From: Blastocystis sp. Blastoise
Taxonomy: Eukaryota; Protista; Bigyra: Opalinata
NCBI GenBank assembly: GCA_039096225.1
Contig: JBBPEB010000017.1
Span: forward strand, 124,001 to 188,000
Reading direction: 5' to 3'
DNA length: 64,000 nucleotides
This document shows positions 1 to 14,450 of the stretch, piece by piece. A program made the position numbers and the translations under genes. Each line of letters starts with the position of its first letter. The first letter of the stretch is position 1. The notes under the pieces are model-generated. The model was not told the DNA's origin, did no database searches, and saw nothing but the letters and a program-made list of their open reading frames with translations.

Positions 1-358
1 TATCACCAATAACACGACCTAAAATTTAAAAAAAAAATAATATATGAATTTATATAAAAAGAAAAACAAATATACATTTATAATCATTCTTGATTTTTAC
101 AGTATATAAAGAATTTTCAATATGGTTACTAGCAAAGATTTCACCAATAGATTCTTTTTGATGTTCAGTCTTAGCAGGCATAGGGAAAGGTAAATAGTAA
201 TATTCATAAGGAACATGAGCCTTGACAGAACTTAATCCATTAACATAAATAGTAAGATCTTGATCTTTGGTGTATTCAATGGGAGTAACACCAGGAAGAA
301 TAGAAAGAGAGCTAGCAAGTAATATAAAAGTAGATATTAAAACGAAGAGTCGAGCCAT
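1..358 (-). CDS. TM9SF: Transmembrane 9 superfamily (nonaspanin/EMP70) protein, 5' part; runs off the window
   Basis: ATG at 358. Signal peptide, then LPGVTPIEY...IYVNGLSS...VPYEYYYLPF...ESIGEIF...IENSLY, typical of the TM9SF N-terminus. GT-AG intron at 75..19. Confidence 0.9.
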
Positions 359-1117
359 ATTCAATAATATCTCAATATATTCTAATGAATTATAAAAAAG
401 TAGTTTTGTTAATGGATGATTCTTAGCCTTCTTTTAGATCCACAAATAATGAATCATGGTTATTTCACTATATACCCAACATAAATACAAATTTTTAGAA
501 TTATTTCAACTTTCCTGATCCTACTCCTCTTCACTTTTTTAAATTCATTTTCCCCACGGTTTTTGTTTTCAGAATAGTTCAGTCCATAAACTGATTAATA
601 AATAGTAGTTTATTCATTTGTCTTTTAAAACTCCATAATTATGTTATTTGTTTTTGTTTGTTTATGGATCTTCTCAAAAAACTAAGGTCAGTCATAATCA
701 TTGATTTTAAAACAGTTTATTGTAATCATATTATTATTCTTTTTGATTAGCTGTTAAATAAAAGCATATATACCTTGCTTTTTATGATAAAAAAACTATA
801 CTTATTAAAATATAGCCATAAACAATGCTTTTGATAAGCACAAAGTTACTTTTATTTGTATGGATTATTTTCTAGTAAACATTTTCTGTATCATATTATA
901 ATTTCTTGTATTATATTTATGTCTCTAATCATATCATTATATTTGAACTGTTTTTTAAGGTAAAAAGCAACATATTTTGAAAGATTGATTAAAACTAATG
1001 TTTATTAACTTGATTATAGATTTTCTGTGGTATACGATAGAAAAAAAATATTAAAATAGTAAGTATCATGGTATTTATCTAACTTTATTACTTTTAGGAA
1101 CTTTGATATTTTAAGAC

Positions 1118-1166
1118 AAATGATTGGATAAGAACCCGAATTCTACGAATCATTTATTCTAAAAAT
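1118..1166 (+). promoter_or_regulatory. Conserved upstream module with CCAAT-like boxes (copy 1)
   Basis: 39 of 49 positions identical, ungapped, to 42899..42947; about 170 bp upstream of the ATG at 1334. Confidence 0.55.
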
Positions 1167-1333
1167 CAAAAGCAACGAATAGAGTTAGGTCGTTTAAAAA
1201 ACTATGTTCTATTTCTAAGACTTTCTAGTTTTATTATTACCTTGCATTATATCAAAATTGTTGCATTTATTCGTATATAAACTGATATACCTAAGTTGTC
1301 TGTGTTATTAAAATTGCTATTTAAAGGATTTCA

Positions 1334-2841
1334 ATGTCTAATTTGTGTGTTGATATATCAAATGGGTCATGTAAACGTAGTATTTCTGATATGCAAGAAA
1401 CTAGAAAACCTGTTCTAAATGATATTACTTTTGTTTTCCAGGATGAAACAAAAACAAGTGTTTCGTTGTCTCTTTTGAAGAAATATCCAAAGTCAATTTT
1501 GTTTTTAACATATGAAAACAATGAGAATCACATAGATGACGAAGATGCTTATTATATTGATTCTCCACCCCTTTCAATCAATCATTTGGTTGCATTATTA
1601 GAAAAAAGGTTTCCTTTGAATGTTTATCTATGAATGAATTATGTAGAGTGTATACTTCCATAAATCATTTCTATGGAAATCAAATTTTTGATTTTGAAAT
1701 TGAATTATTAGATTGTATAATTGATTCATTGAAGGTATTTTTAGAACAAAGTCACTGTGATATGTATGTTTTATAAACATATTAAATTTATATATATATT
1801 CGTATACTTATATATAGTGACTTAGATAATATATATATACTTGAAAATGAACGTTCCATGACAATTCACAGTATTTTTATTCTTTATTCATTTTATAAAT
1901 ATAAATATTATAGGTGTTCTTTCAGAGGAGAAAAAACAATTATTTATGAATTATTACGAAATATTTAATTTGTTGAATATCACCAATGTTACTATGAAAT
2001 GTATATATATATATTAATTAGGTTTTATATATATATAGTTGATTTCAATGAAGATATTCCTTATGAATATATATATCCCTCTAATCTACATATTATATTT
2101 CCTAAATTAGAAACATATACTCTATATGGTATATTCTATATTTATATATAATAATAAAATGTAATATTATGATTATTTGATAGTAATTATCAATTTTTCT
2201 TCTTTTATTATTATTAAAATGTTTATTATTATTATAATACATATTATTGTGTTTGTTATTATGTTTATTATTATTATTATTATTATTATTATATTATTAT
2301 TATTATATCTATCAATATATATATATATAGCTTTCTATTATGGTTTTGAAAAGAAAGTTTGTGTTTCTCCTGCTGATACTCATTATTCAACGCTATTTAA
2401 CATATATAAAAGTGTTAAAAGAATATATAAAATGGGCAGAAATAGTATATATAGAGGTGATTTTATAAATGGAGAACAATATATAAATAACAAGTATAGT
2501 CTTTCACTTATTACGAATACCAATAAAGATGATATTATTCATAAAACTACGTATGTTCTAAATACTATAATCAAAATTACCATGGAAATCTTTTATATAT
2601 AGTCAAGGGAAGAAGAATCAGAGTATTCTTGTTCACTATAAACATACATATTCCCGCGATTATGAACCGAATGTAATGAATAAAGAAAAACTATATTTTT
2701 CAATATGTTTCTCTTATATTGATAGTAATAAAAGTATATATATATAATAATAAGGATATATAGATAATATATATATATATATATATAGTACATGATATGT
2801 TGCATCCTATATTAATTTATTTATATATATACATATATTTA

Positions 2842-2923
<82 letters not shown>

Positions 2924-4546
2924 TTATGAATACAAGTTGTGATGAAATAATGAATTATTTTTTAAATATACCTATATGTAAGCAAATAAAAAGAATTGAA
3001 AATAAACGTAATTATATATATATATATTATAAAATCTTCTTTATTCTTTATGATATAATTATTATAATATATATATATAGAAACATATTTCCATAGTTAT
3101 GATAACCCAGAAAATTATCAATTGAGTATTTCTCCATTCTTAAAGGGACTTAGGGATAGTTTATTCAATGATTTCACTTGTTTAATATATAAACAACTGT
3201 ATATAAAACATATAATCGTTTATTAAAGTATATATATATTGTATTATATAGTTATAAATACAAGAATGTATCCTGAATATATACAATTATTTGAAGATAT
3301 TATTACGACTCATGTTTTTCCAAATGTAACTACTATAGAAATAGATATAAATAATATGTTTATAGATATTATTCTTGAAATAGTATCTTTGATTACAAAG
3401 AACAATTTCCCGCGGTTACATATCTATATTGTCAAAACTGGTATAACTACATTTGATTCATATAATACTATTAAATAATACTCGAAATTCATGTTAGTTA
3501 ATTCAATTGAATTGAATTATGAAGAAGGACAAGACGATATGTTTAATATGAAAGATATACGTTTTTTTGTATCTTTTCTGAATGAAGAAGAAGAAGAAGA
3601 GAACAATATAAAAGACAGTATATATATAATTGTAATTTCTATTTATATTATTGATATACCTATATATACTATTAATTTTATATATGTACATGTATATGTA
3701 TAAAGGTTTTGAAATGAATAAATGTGTAATTAATAAATTATGTAATTATAAAAATGTGTCTATTAATAAGCTAGTATTAAATTGTATATAAATATGTATA
3801 TATACATATTTATTTATTCACTTATTGTACTATTTATATATATATAGTAAATCTTATAAGTGAATATGATTCTGAAGGTATTTATACTCAACTGTTTTCT
3901 ATACCATCCAAAGATCTTTATATTGGTATATATATATATATTTATAGCTGCAAGTTTAAATGACACAATAGAAATTGAAACAATTCAAGAATATATACAA
4001 AACATAAATTTTTCTAACTTGGACTCTATTCATTTTAAACGTATATATATGCATATATAAACATATCTCATGATTATTATATATAAATTAATTTTATGTA
4101 TACACATATATATCCTCTATAATATGTTATGTATATTATAGTTGAAAATAAAGGTAAATATAATGAAAACAGATTTATAAGTGAATTATTTTCATTATTA
4201 TCAACAAAACCACAATATCATCTCTGTTCATTTAACTTTGGTATATATATATATATTATATATATATATATATATAGAAAATGTTCTAAATTATGAGTCT
4301 ACAATAATTAATAAATATGATAATCAAACATCAGAAGCTATTAATAAATATTTTCATTCTCTTTCTGCATCAATCAAAACGATAAATATTTCATGTATTA
4401 GTTATTATATATATATATATATATATATATAGATCTTCCATTTATTCGCAGTTTATTTACTATTTCTGATCTCGTAGATCTGTGTTTTTGGGACAAAGTT
4501 CGATATCACAATAATAATAGGTAATTAATATAGTTATATTACTATT

Positions 4547-4627
<81 letters not shown>

Positions 4628-5753
4628 TATTATTATTATTATTATTATTATTATTTTAAAATAAAAAAATAGTTTTATTATTATGCTTACTATAGATGAT
4701 GAAATAGCGAATACAGTATTTAATACATTATATACTCTTTTTATGAATAAAAAACTAAAGAATATTCATTCATTGACAATAAGTATCTATAAATTCATAA
4801 ATATATATATATATATAATTAGAGGGAGAGCATTCTATTTCATTAATATATGATTTTATCGATTTATTTAAGAATTCTACAAATATATCTCTTCCATATT
4901 TCAATCACTTTTTTTTTCGGTATCTATATATACAATTATATATGAATATAGCTAAATATAAAAATATATAAAAATTATAAAAATATAACTATATAAAAAT
5001 AACTATGTATATAATATAACAAAATATATGTATTCAACTATATTATCGATCTATTTAACTAATAAAAAAATATTCCATATAAATATATATCAATGAAAAT
5101 TTTTATGAAAACAGTTATATATACATATATATACTTATGAATTCAATCTATATAGGGTCTTTTGATGTTTTTGATTTTTTTCCGTCGTTTGTTTATTATA
5201 TGCATAAACCTTTATTATCTATTAATACGAGTGATTATTTATGTGATATCTCATTATATTCAGAACAATATTATTATTATATGTCTACAAATATATTAAA
5301 AGAATATACAAATACTGTTCTTTATGTTAATATAAGTATATATTTATTATATAATATATTTATATATTTATTATAAATCATCATAATATATTAATATATA
5401 TTTACTATAAATCATATTAAATATTTATTTTTAAAATAAATTAAAATAGTATTTCATTATAACTAATATATATAGTTATATATGATACCTCATTTATCCA
5501 AAGAATTGTTGAAATTGTTACAAAAGGATTTTTTCCACATTTAAAAAAACTTTCAATAAAAAATAAGTGTATTTATTTAAAAATACTATCATTATTATGT
5601 TATATATATAGTCTATATATATATATCCGTTTTTTAAATACTATATTATATATAGCTTCTATTAATATTTCTAAATATATAAATATGATTGAAAAGTATA
5701 TGAACATATCAAATCATCATTTTTTAATTGTAGAAAAGAAAGCTAATCATTAA
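1334..5753 (+). pseudogene. BTB/POZ (KCTD-like) plus LRR-like repeat family member; probable pseudogene
   Basis: FVFQDETK...LLKKYPKSIL...YYIDSP, DFNEDIPYEYIYPSNLH, THVFPNVTT and FPHLKKL are shared with three paralogues in the window. Lesions: frameshift in the A-run near 1602-1607, lost GT donor near 2815, in-frame TAA at 3476-3478. Confidence 0.7.
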
Positions 5754-6190
5754 TATATATATATATGTATATCTTTGTTATACATATACTTTTTATTTTA
5801 TTTAAAATCTGAAACATATTATTTGGAAATAATATTTCATATATATATATATTATTAAACTTTTTAATATATATTTTTTATTATAATATTATATTGTTTT
5901 TTTATCATAAAACATTATTTGGTTTATTCTAATGTTAAGTGATGACCACACATATATGATTTATATAAAAGAATAATATATACTATAAATCATATATAAA
6001 AGTATAAAATAGTTTGATGTTTTCGATATATTGAATGAATGAAAAAGAATAAATACAAATTATATTTATTATAAAAATTTAAAAAGTGACAAATATAAAA
6101 TAAAAAACAAACCACACAACAAATAATAATAATTTATAAACATATATATCAATTAGCAAATACTATTATTTCTATTTAATAATATATATA

Positions 6191-7630
6191 CTACTGTTTG
6201 TCGTTCATATCTCCTTTAGAATCTTTCACTTGTGTATTTTCAGTTATATCTGTAAGATTCTTTTCCTTAGTATCTATTTTAATATCATTTAGTGTCTCCA
6301 TACTATCTTTCTTATCATCAAAATGAAAAACTACTGCTTTATCTGTATGTATGGCATAATTCGCTAAAGTAGTAAGAGTAGTAGCTGATACTATTCCCTC
6401 ACATATAGGTATATAGAGAGCAGGAAGAGATAAATAAGGTGTACACAAACAACTTATAAATAATAACATTTGTAAAACCGTATTCGTTTTTCCTAACATA
6501 TTAGGTTTAACTTCAACTTTTTTTGACATATCATGAAAATTAAAAAATGCTATTTATAGAGTATGATTATTATGATTATTATAATTGTTAATAGTTATTA
6601 TAATTATTATAATTGTTAATAGTATTATAATTGTTATAATTATTATAATTGTTAATAATATAATATATATCTACTCTTTGGTGAAGCTTTATATTTTAAA
6701 TATAAAAATCCTAATACCATAGCTACATCCTTGCGTATATATGAATTAGGGAAGAATAAATGGAATAATAATTGTAATAATTTTTATTCATTTATTTAAT
6801 AAACAGAATAAATATAATAAATAGAATAAATAAAATAAATAAAATAAATATAATAAATATAATAATAAATAAAATAAACACGATAATAAAACAATAATAA
6901 ACACAATAATAATAATAGAGGATATCTATGATAATAGAAGCTACAGCAGGGTGAATAATATGTTGTATTCCTAAGGCGATAGCCATCGTGAACATAAGAC
7001 ACTTGTCAGCCAATGGATCTATTATTGTACCTAAATAACTCTATAATTATAATATATATATATAATTATTAAAATTACAGCACAACAAAAAAAATATAAA
7101 TAACAATAAACAAACTATAAATAGAATATTCAGTATATATACTCTTTGATTAAATTTCCTAGCTACCCAACCATCTGTAAAGTCAAGAAGACTTGAAAAA
7201 GCAAAAACTATGAATATTTGAAATAAAAAATATTATTAGCTAACATATATAGATATATAGTTGTTAAAAAATATACTTGGCAAAGCATAACTCATGTATG
7301 TGCCAGTAATACAATAATAAAGTAATGGACATGAAGCTAAACGAGTGAATGACATAAGATTTGGAATTGTCCATATTCGATTATTATTATCTTTATTATT
7401 TATATCTTTCTGAGTATTTGTTGCAAAAAAACGAATATTAGAAACAGATGATGTACATAAAGAAGTCTAAATATATTCATATTATATCATAATCATATTC
7501 ACCATTATAAAAATACTTTAGCTACATTGAATCTTAAATTTTGAAGAAGAATTATAGATGGTTTTTCAATATAACGTAATTTTGAAATCAAATTACCTTT
7601 TAGAAAGGTGCATCTTATCAAAGGATTCAT
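6191..7630 (-). CDS. CRD1: Cardiolipin synthase (CDP-alcohol phosphatidyltransferase), 6 exons
   Basis: Spliced protein has IWTIPNLMSFTRL, LLDFTDGWVARKFNQRSYLGTIIDPLADK (CDP-alcohol motif), IIIGKDV and LGKTNTVLQM. The N-terminus resembles a mitochondrial presequence. Confidence 0.9.
6735..6925 (-). other. U12-type AT-AC intron in CRD1
   Basis: Donor ATATCCTCT, branch TTCCCTAAT 10 nt before the terminal AC. Removal restores IIIG-KDVAMV in frame. Confidence 0.9.
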
Positions 7631-7972
7631 AAGAATACTAATTTAATGCAGTAACTCCAGATATATTAAGAAAAATAAATATATGTCGGTAGATTACGGC
7701 ATTTTTATTATTTCCAGCGGAGATTATGGCGTTGACGATGTTCTTTAAATTTCACTGCAGTTCTAAGAATTTCCCATGAAATTATCAAATACGATGCTTT
7801 TTTATGTGTGAATTATTTACACGAATATTTTCTTTTCTCTACTTGATTATATAAATTTATTAACGATTATTATGACTAGAGTCAAATTTTTTATAAAAAA
7901 CATTTTTGTATTGCTATTCCAGGAATACTTTCTCAAATTATTGTTTGATCATTTATTCTCTTCTTCTAGATC

Positions 7973-9200
7973 ATGAATATAATTCCAATAAAAAATATGT
8001 GTCAAGTTGGACTTCTTAGAGGTTCAAGAGGCTGGGGATGGTATTACCGTTCTAAAGAAATGCTTAAAGCTAAACCTGCTAAGGAATCATCTATTTGGAC
8101 AAATCCTACAGGTATATCTATAGTTCAATTGATTTATCATATTATATGAATATTATATTTATTTTCTCTTTTATAAAATATGATATTTTTCTATTTTAAT
8201 TTGTTTCAATAGGTGAGAGATCACAAGTTTTTCTTGATATTGGTGAGAAAGACAAACAATCAAATAGAGTTTATATTGAATTAATGGATGATGTTGTTCC
8301 TGTTACAACTCAAAATTTCAAGAATTTAATTCAAGGAACTAACGGTTTATGTTATAAAGGTTGTTCTTTATTTGATATTCGTGATCATACTTGTGTCTGC
8401 TCAGGTGCTGTTAAAGGAAGTATATTTATATATGTTTTGATTTTATTATGTTCATTTATTTATATATATTGTTGTTTTTTATATAATTTTAATATATATA
8501 TATATATTAATAATTACTGCATGACTTTAATTCAATAATAATAATAATAATAATATATAATATATAATATATAATAATATAGAGAATCGAGAAGGTGGTT
8601 TTAGTTCGTTTAATAAGAAATATTTTGATGACGAAAACTTTAAACTTTTGTATATATATATTAATTTTATTTATTTATATTTATATATTATATATTTATA
8701 TAATTCTCTAAAATATGTTTCTATATATATAGACATGATAAAGCAGGTATATTAACAATGATGAATGCAGGTGTTAATACAAATAGTTCACTATTTGCTA
8801 TTTCCTTAAATAAACTTCCTCATCTTAGTATATATCATAATATTAATAATAATAATAGTTTAATAATTATTATAATATTATAATTATATTATTAAAATAA
8901 AAATAGTTTCTTATATATTCTAAATTATATCTTTTCTTCTTTATTCTATATTCTTCTATACTCTATATATTTATAGATGGAAAGCATGTAGCATTTGGCC
9001 ATATTATAAAAGGTTATGAAATTGTTGAAAAATTAACTCAAGAATTTATTGTGGCGGGAGAACCTGTTCAACCAATCATTATTCAAGATTGTGGTATTCT
9101 TCCTAAAGAGCAGTATATTACTGTAGAAAAAGAGAAACCAAAGGAGAAATCAAAAGAAAAGAAAAACACAAATAAATCAAATAAAAAAGAAAAAAATTAA
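7973..9200 (+). CDS. Cyclophilin-type PPIase-like protein with a degenerate active site, 5 exons
   Basis: VFLDIG...RVYIELMDDVVPVTTQNFKNL...CYKGC, [52 protein letters not shown]; Lys-rich tail. Confidence 0.88.
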
Positions 9201-9667
9201 TTCTTTTTTATATCTATAAATCTATTTAAAAAAAAAATTCTCTCTTGTTTTATGTATATCATTATAAATAATTATTTTTTTTTATTTTCTTCTTTTATAT
9301 ATATATATATATATTGTATTCAACGTTGGGTTTGATTTAATTTTTGCTTTAAAATGATTATTATATATGTTGATTGAGTATTGAATAAATAAATTATTAA
9401 AAAAACAAAAAAATAATATTTTTTTTTTAGATAAGAATGAAAAGTAAGTAATATTATCTCATATATATATTATATATATAAAATGCAATGCTAAATACCT
9501 TATGAACAACAACAATATAAGAAAAGAAACAATAATTATAAATGAATATATACATTATCTATAAAATATATGATTATAAAAAGATCTAGAAACAATTTAT
9601 AAGATAGAGAGAAATTAATAATATACTATAATTCTATATACAAAATTATAAAAAAATAGAATTGTTT

Positions 9668-10057
9668 TTATATTTTATTTAAACTATCTAAACGAGATTG
9701 TAAATCATCCGTTTGAATACCACCAGCAGCAGCTTGTTGTGTTTTAACACCAGGTAAACTTTCACCTTGGTTAATACCCATTTCAACTAATATACTTTGG
9801 ACAACTTCATCTTCTTCTTCTTCATTATCAGCGTCACCCATAGCGTCATCGATTTGATCACCCATAATTTCTTGTAAATTCTCTGATTTTATTGTTTCCT
9901 GAGAATATTCAGCTAAAATCTTTTGCATGGCTTCAGGACTCATTATCTTAGACATTTCCTTTAAACCCTATATATTTATATTATTTAATTATATTGCATT
10001 TTTATCTTTATTAATATATATATCATATTATAATGTAATAAAAAACAAGTCAAACAA

Positions 10058-10124
<67 letters not shown>

Positions 10125-10442
10125 AGCAGTAACACCTTCAAAGCAACGGCCCATGGCTTCTGTAGCACGAGTATTTTCAAGTTGCATTTGAATGGCACCA
10201 AATTGAGCACGCATATTATAACACTTCTCTACAGCATTCTTACAACGAATGAAATCCTTAGCATGAATCTTAACAATATTATTTTTTCCTTCTTTAGCAG
10301 CCTTTCTGATCTCAGTTTCGAGAGTCTTCTGTCTTCTTTCAAGAGTCATTCTTTGTCTATCAATTTCACGAATAGCCTTATTCACGACTTTCTTATTCTC
10401 ATTGAATATTTCTTCAGGAGTCTTACTAGGAGTATTACCCAT
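9668..10442 (-). CDS. VPS2: ESCRT-III subunit VPS2/CHMP2, 2 exons
   Basis: KTPEE...NKAIREIDRQR...IRKAAKEG...HAKDFIR, IMGDQIDDAM, and C-terminal MIM1-like DDLQSRLDSL. Confidence 0.92.
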
Positions 10443-11109
10443 TTTAATTGATTATGAACTGTTTGATATGTAAAAGTTTAGAATTGATTTATAATTTTTT
10501 CTATTTTAGTTTGTATTCTTATTTATTTCTTTTTGTACTGAATCTCTTTTCCTGTTTATATTTCCCTCAATAAATATAAATAACCACGGGAATCATCATC
10601 GTTATACTAGATTCTTCATGTTTCAGTATTTTTTTTTAGTGTCGATAGGATTGTATGTTTCATTGTTTTCATTATGTACTGAACTGAACTCATATCAGGA
10701 TAAACAATTCTTATATTTCTAGGTTGATAATACAATAGGAATACATAAAAACATTTCATTGAATTCTAGAGTAATCAATAAAGTGACCATTTATAAGTTT
10801 TTTTGCTAGTTTTTCTATTCAGTTCCTTTTTATAAAATATATTATTCTTAATCATCATAGCGATAGGAGGCAGTTCATGCTGTACACAAATAAATTCATA
10901 TCCATAAGTTTTTACTAATTAATCATGTATCATGAGTTTTATAAATGATTCATATTGAAAAATACATATGTTTTTAATCATTTGAAATATATTGCATTAC
11001 AAAACAATTCGTTAAAACTTAAAAAAATACGGAAACATGAAAAAAATGGGTTATAAATAATAATATGATGCTTATCACCAATTATTTTGTATTAAACACG
11101 AATTCAAGA

Positions 11110-13143
11110 TTAAAGATCATGAAAGAGTGAATTGAAATTATGTGAAATCATCTGATATGAGTAATTCTCACTACAATCAACATGATGGTATTTCAGAATC
11201 TCATTGTAATAGGCACGTAGAGATATATTATCATTGTCCTGATATGATTGTAAAATGTCTTTGTAATATTTCATATATATTGTAGGCACAGATTGTATAT
11301 ATTTAAATATAGAGAATAACACATATTGCGAAGAGAAATTCTATATGGAAAAAAAAATTTAATGAAATAAAACGTAATAAGAAATTGATTTTTTTTTATG
11401 TATATTAATATATAGATATATACAGATAATAAGCGAGTTAATTCTATAGATAATACCCTATGGAAAGATTCTTCTACCTATATATATATATATAATTATT
11501 TATTATTATTATATGATTATATAATAATTAATATATATATATATGATTATATATATATATATATACAGGATGTGTTTCAATATAGGATTTTAAATATAAG
11601 ATAACCGCGGGAATCTCGGTTTGTGTATAGGTATTCAATTGTTGTATATATATATTAACATCTGGTACTTTAAGATCAGGGGCTATATATATGAAATGGG
11701 TATATATATATAGCATAATTATATATTGTATAATTAATAATGATTATTATATATAATAATTTATAATAACAATTCTATATAATAATTTATAATAACAATT
11801 ATATATAATAATTATATATAATAATATATACAACAATTATATATAATAATATATAATAACAATTATATATCTATATACATAAAGATAAGAAAAGACTTTG
11901 AAGAAGCATGACTTTTGAGAAGCATAAATAATCGCGGGAATCTACATCTATATAGAGTACAAATAATACAAATTATAAATAAGAATGAACTCTTGAAACT
12001 ACTATTCTATAAGAACATACTATAACCGTGGTTATTGATCCAATTATAGATATAATTAATCAACGTAATAATTCCAGTTTCATTATTGTGATTGATATAT
12101 ATATATTGATATATATATAGGTTTAGAAGGAAGGATAAATAGAGACTCAAATAATCACGGTTATCTTCTATTATCTAGAATATATATATTTATTTATGGA
12201 TAACAAATAATAGAAACATTGAATAATAAAAGAGATATAAAAAAAAGTTATTATATATTTAGATTATAATTAGTATTAATAATATAATGAAGACTCAATA
12301 AATAAAATGCATAAAATAAGATTATCAAAAATAATATATATATATATATATATATACAATAGTAGAAAAGTGAATGAGTGCGAAGAGTGAATCGTTGTCT
12401 AAATACATATATAAAACTAAATAATTCACGATTTCATAGATTTCCATGAATAAAAAGGATTTCTGGCCTGGATTCTGAATATTTTCATGAATATTACAAG
12501 AAAGTTTCATGATACAATCGATACTATAACTTGAAATTTGTTTGATTTTCTTTTCCCCGTGGTTTTTAGGTTGTTTTAATGGATCGAAGAAAGGTATATA
12601 TAATGGATTTTCAAGTATATTTGTATACAGTTGCTGATTATTACTTAAAAGAACTGAATCCAAGAAATCTTCATTACTTGTTATGTAATTATAGTTATAT
12701 TGTTGATATATAGATAATAAATAAGAAAATCCACTTAAATATTCTTTATAGATCTATATATATATATAGTTATAATGAGAGCTATAGAATACTATGTAAA
12801 AATTATTGCTCCATAAATATATATATACATAAACATTATTTCTATGGTTTATATATATGTATATTGATATATATAGTTGAATAAGTGTAGAAGGAAGAGA
12901 AGAAGAAGGAGATTCAGAATAATATAATAATAATTGTTTTATCTATAGAATAGATAGAAGAGAATTCAAGTTATATATATATACATATTGTAAATAACCA
13001 CAACAAAGGTTGCTATTGCTATTCACGGGAATCTTCTTAATTAAATGAAGAATCGTCTCAATTTCCACGGGAATGTGTTCAGGACAAATAAAACATGTTA
13101 ATGCATGAGCACAAGCCTATTATTATATATATATATATATATA

Positions 13144-13220
<77 letters not shown>

Positions 13221-14398
13221 CCAGTCTAACTGTATAATTTTTGTGTTGTAAATAGTTATATATAGCGATATATAATTGTTGAAAGAGAGAAGAAGCTATT
13301 ACAGTAATAGAATGCATATAAAAATGGGAAAAGAAGTAAAATAACTAGAGATCATAGAATACTATTATTTTATTAAATAATATAAATAATATAAGTAATA
13401 TAAATAATATAAATAATATAAATAATATAAATAATATAAATAATATATAATAATATAAATAATATATAATAATATATAATAATATAAATAATATAAATAT
13501 ATATATACCGATAAAATCGTATTCGTATTATTCTTTTGTATATATGTATATATATCTTGTAATAATAACGGATATATATATTTCAATATAAACAGTGGTT
13601 TTCTATATGTACATGTTTGTTCAGGGCCTTTTCGAATCAATTTATTCGCGGTTATTTTGTAAAATAAAACAGTGAAGAGAGAGGACGCCGCAGACCGAAT
13701 TGCCCATCTATAGATAATAATAATATATATATAATAATAATATTATAATAATATTATAATATTATTATAATAATATAATTATTTTATAATAATAATATAA
13801 TAATAATAATTACTATATATATACCTGTTATGATTTAGATAAGGGAGTAATTGAATGAAAAGAGATTCGATATATATATATGTATATTGTATATAAGAAA
13901 TATTCTGAAATAAAACCTTTAAAATATTTAATGAATGAATCTATATATATAATATATATATATGAATAATATAAAAATGAGTAATTTATATATATATATA
14001 TACTTGTAACTGTATATAACGGTCTTCATTAAATGTCGTTATATAATTGGATATTTTATTTTTATAGAGTACATATACAGAATTCTCATTGGAAGATAAT
14101 TGTGTTTCGGAACTCAAATAAAAAGAGTGATTCAACCATGAGAGAAGAATCGATATATAAAACGGTAGAGACACAAATGTTGAATCTTGCGTCAATTGGA
14201 AGAAGGTAGAAAACTATATATATATAGTTATATATATATGTAAATATACTAAATAAGTATATCCTGCACTTCGTCTAGAGAGAGGCATATCAAGAATCAC
14301 GGGATATGATAATATGTCCGCTATAATCTCAAAATAATCACGGGAATCTTGATATAGCATAACAAACGTTGACATTAACTTGGACAATGCTTTTGAAA

Positions 14399-14450
<52 letters not shown>

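Noticed and set aside
1600-1612. Programmed ribosomal frameshift at GAAAAAAGG
   Set aside because: Paralogues have no shift and the gene has other lesions; homopolymer error or decay is simpler.
3476-3478. In-frame TAA here and near 58970 as a sign of stop-codon reassignment
   Set aside because: TAA terminates most intact genes in the window, and both cases lie in genes with other signs of decay.
9927-10451. 174-aa plus-strand ORF
   Set aside because: Antisense shadow of VPS2 running through its TA-repeat intron.
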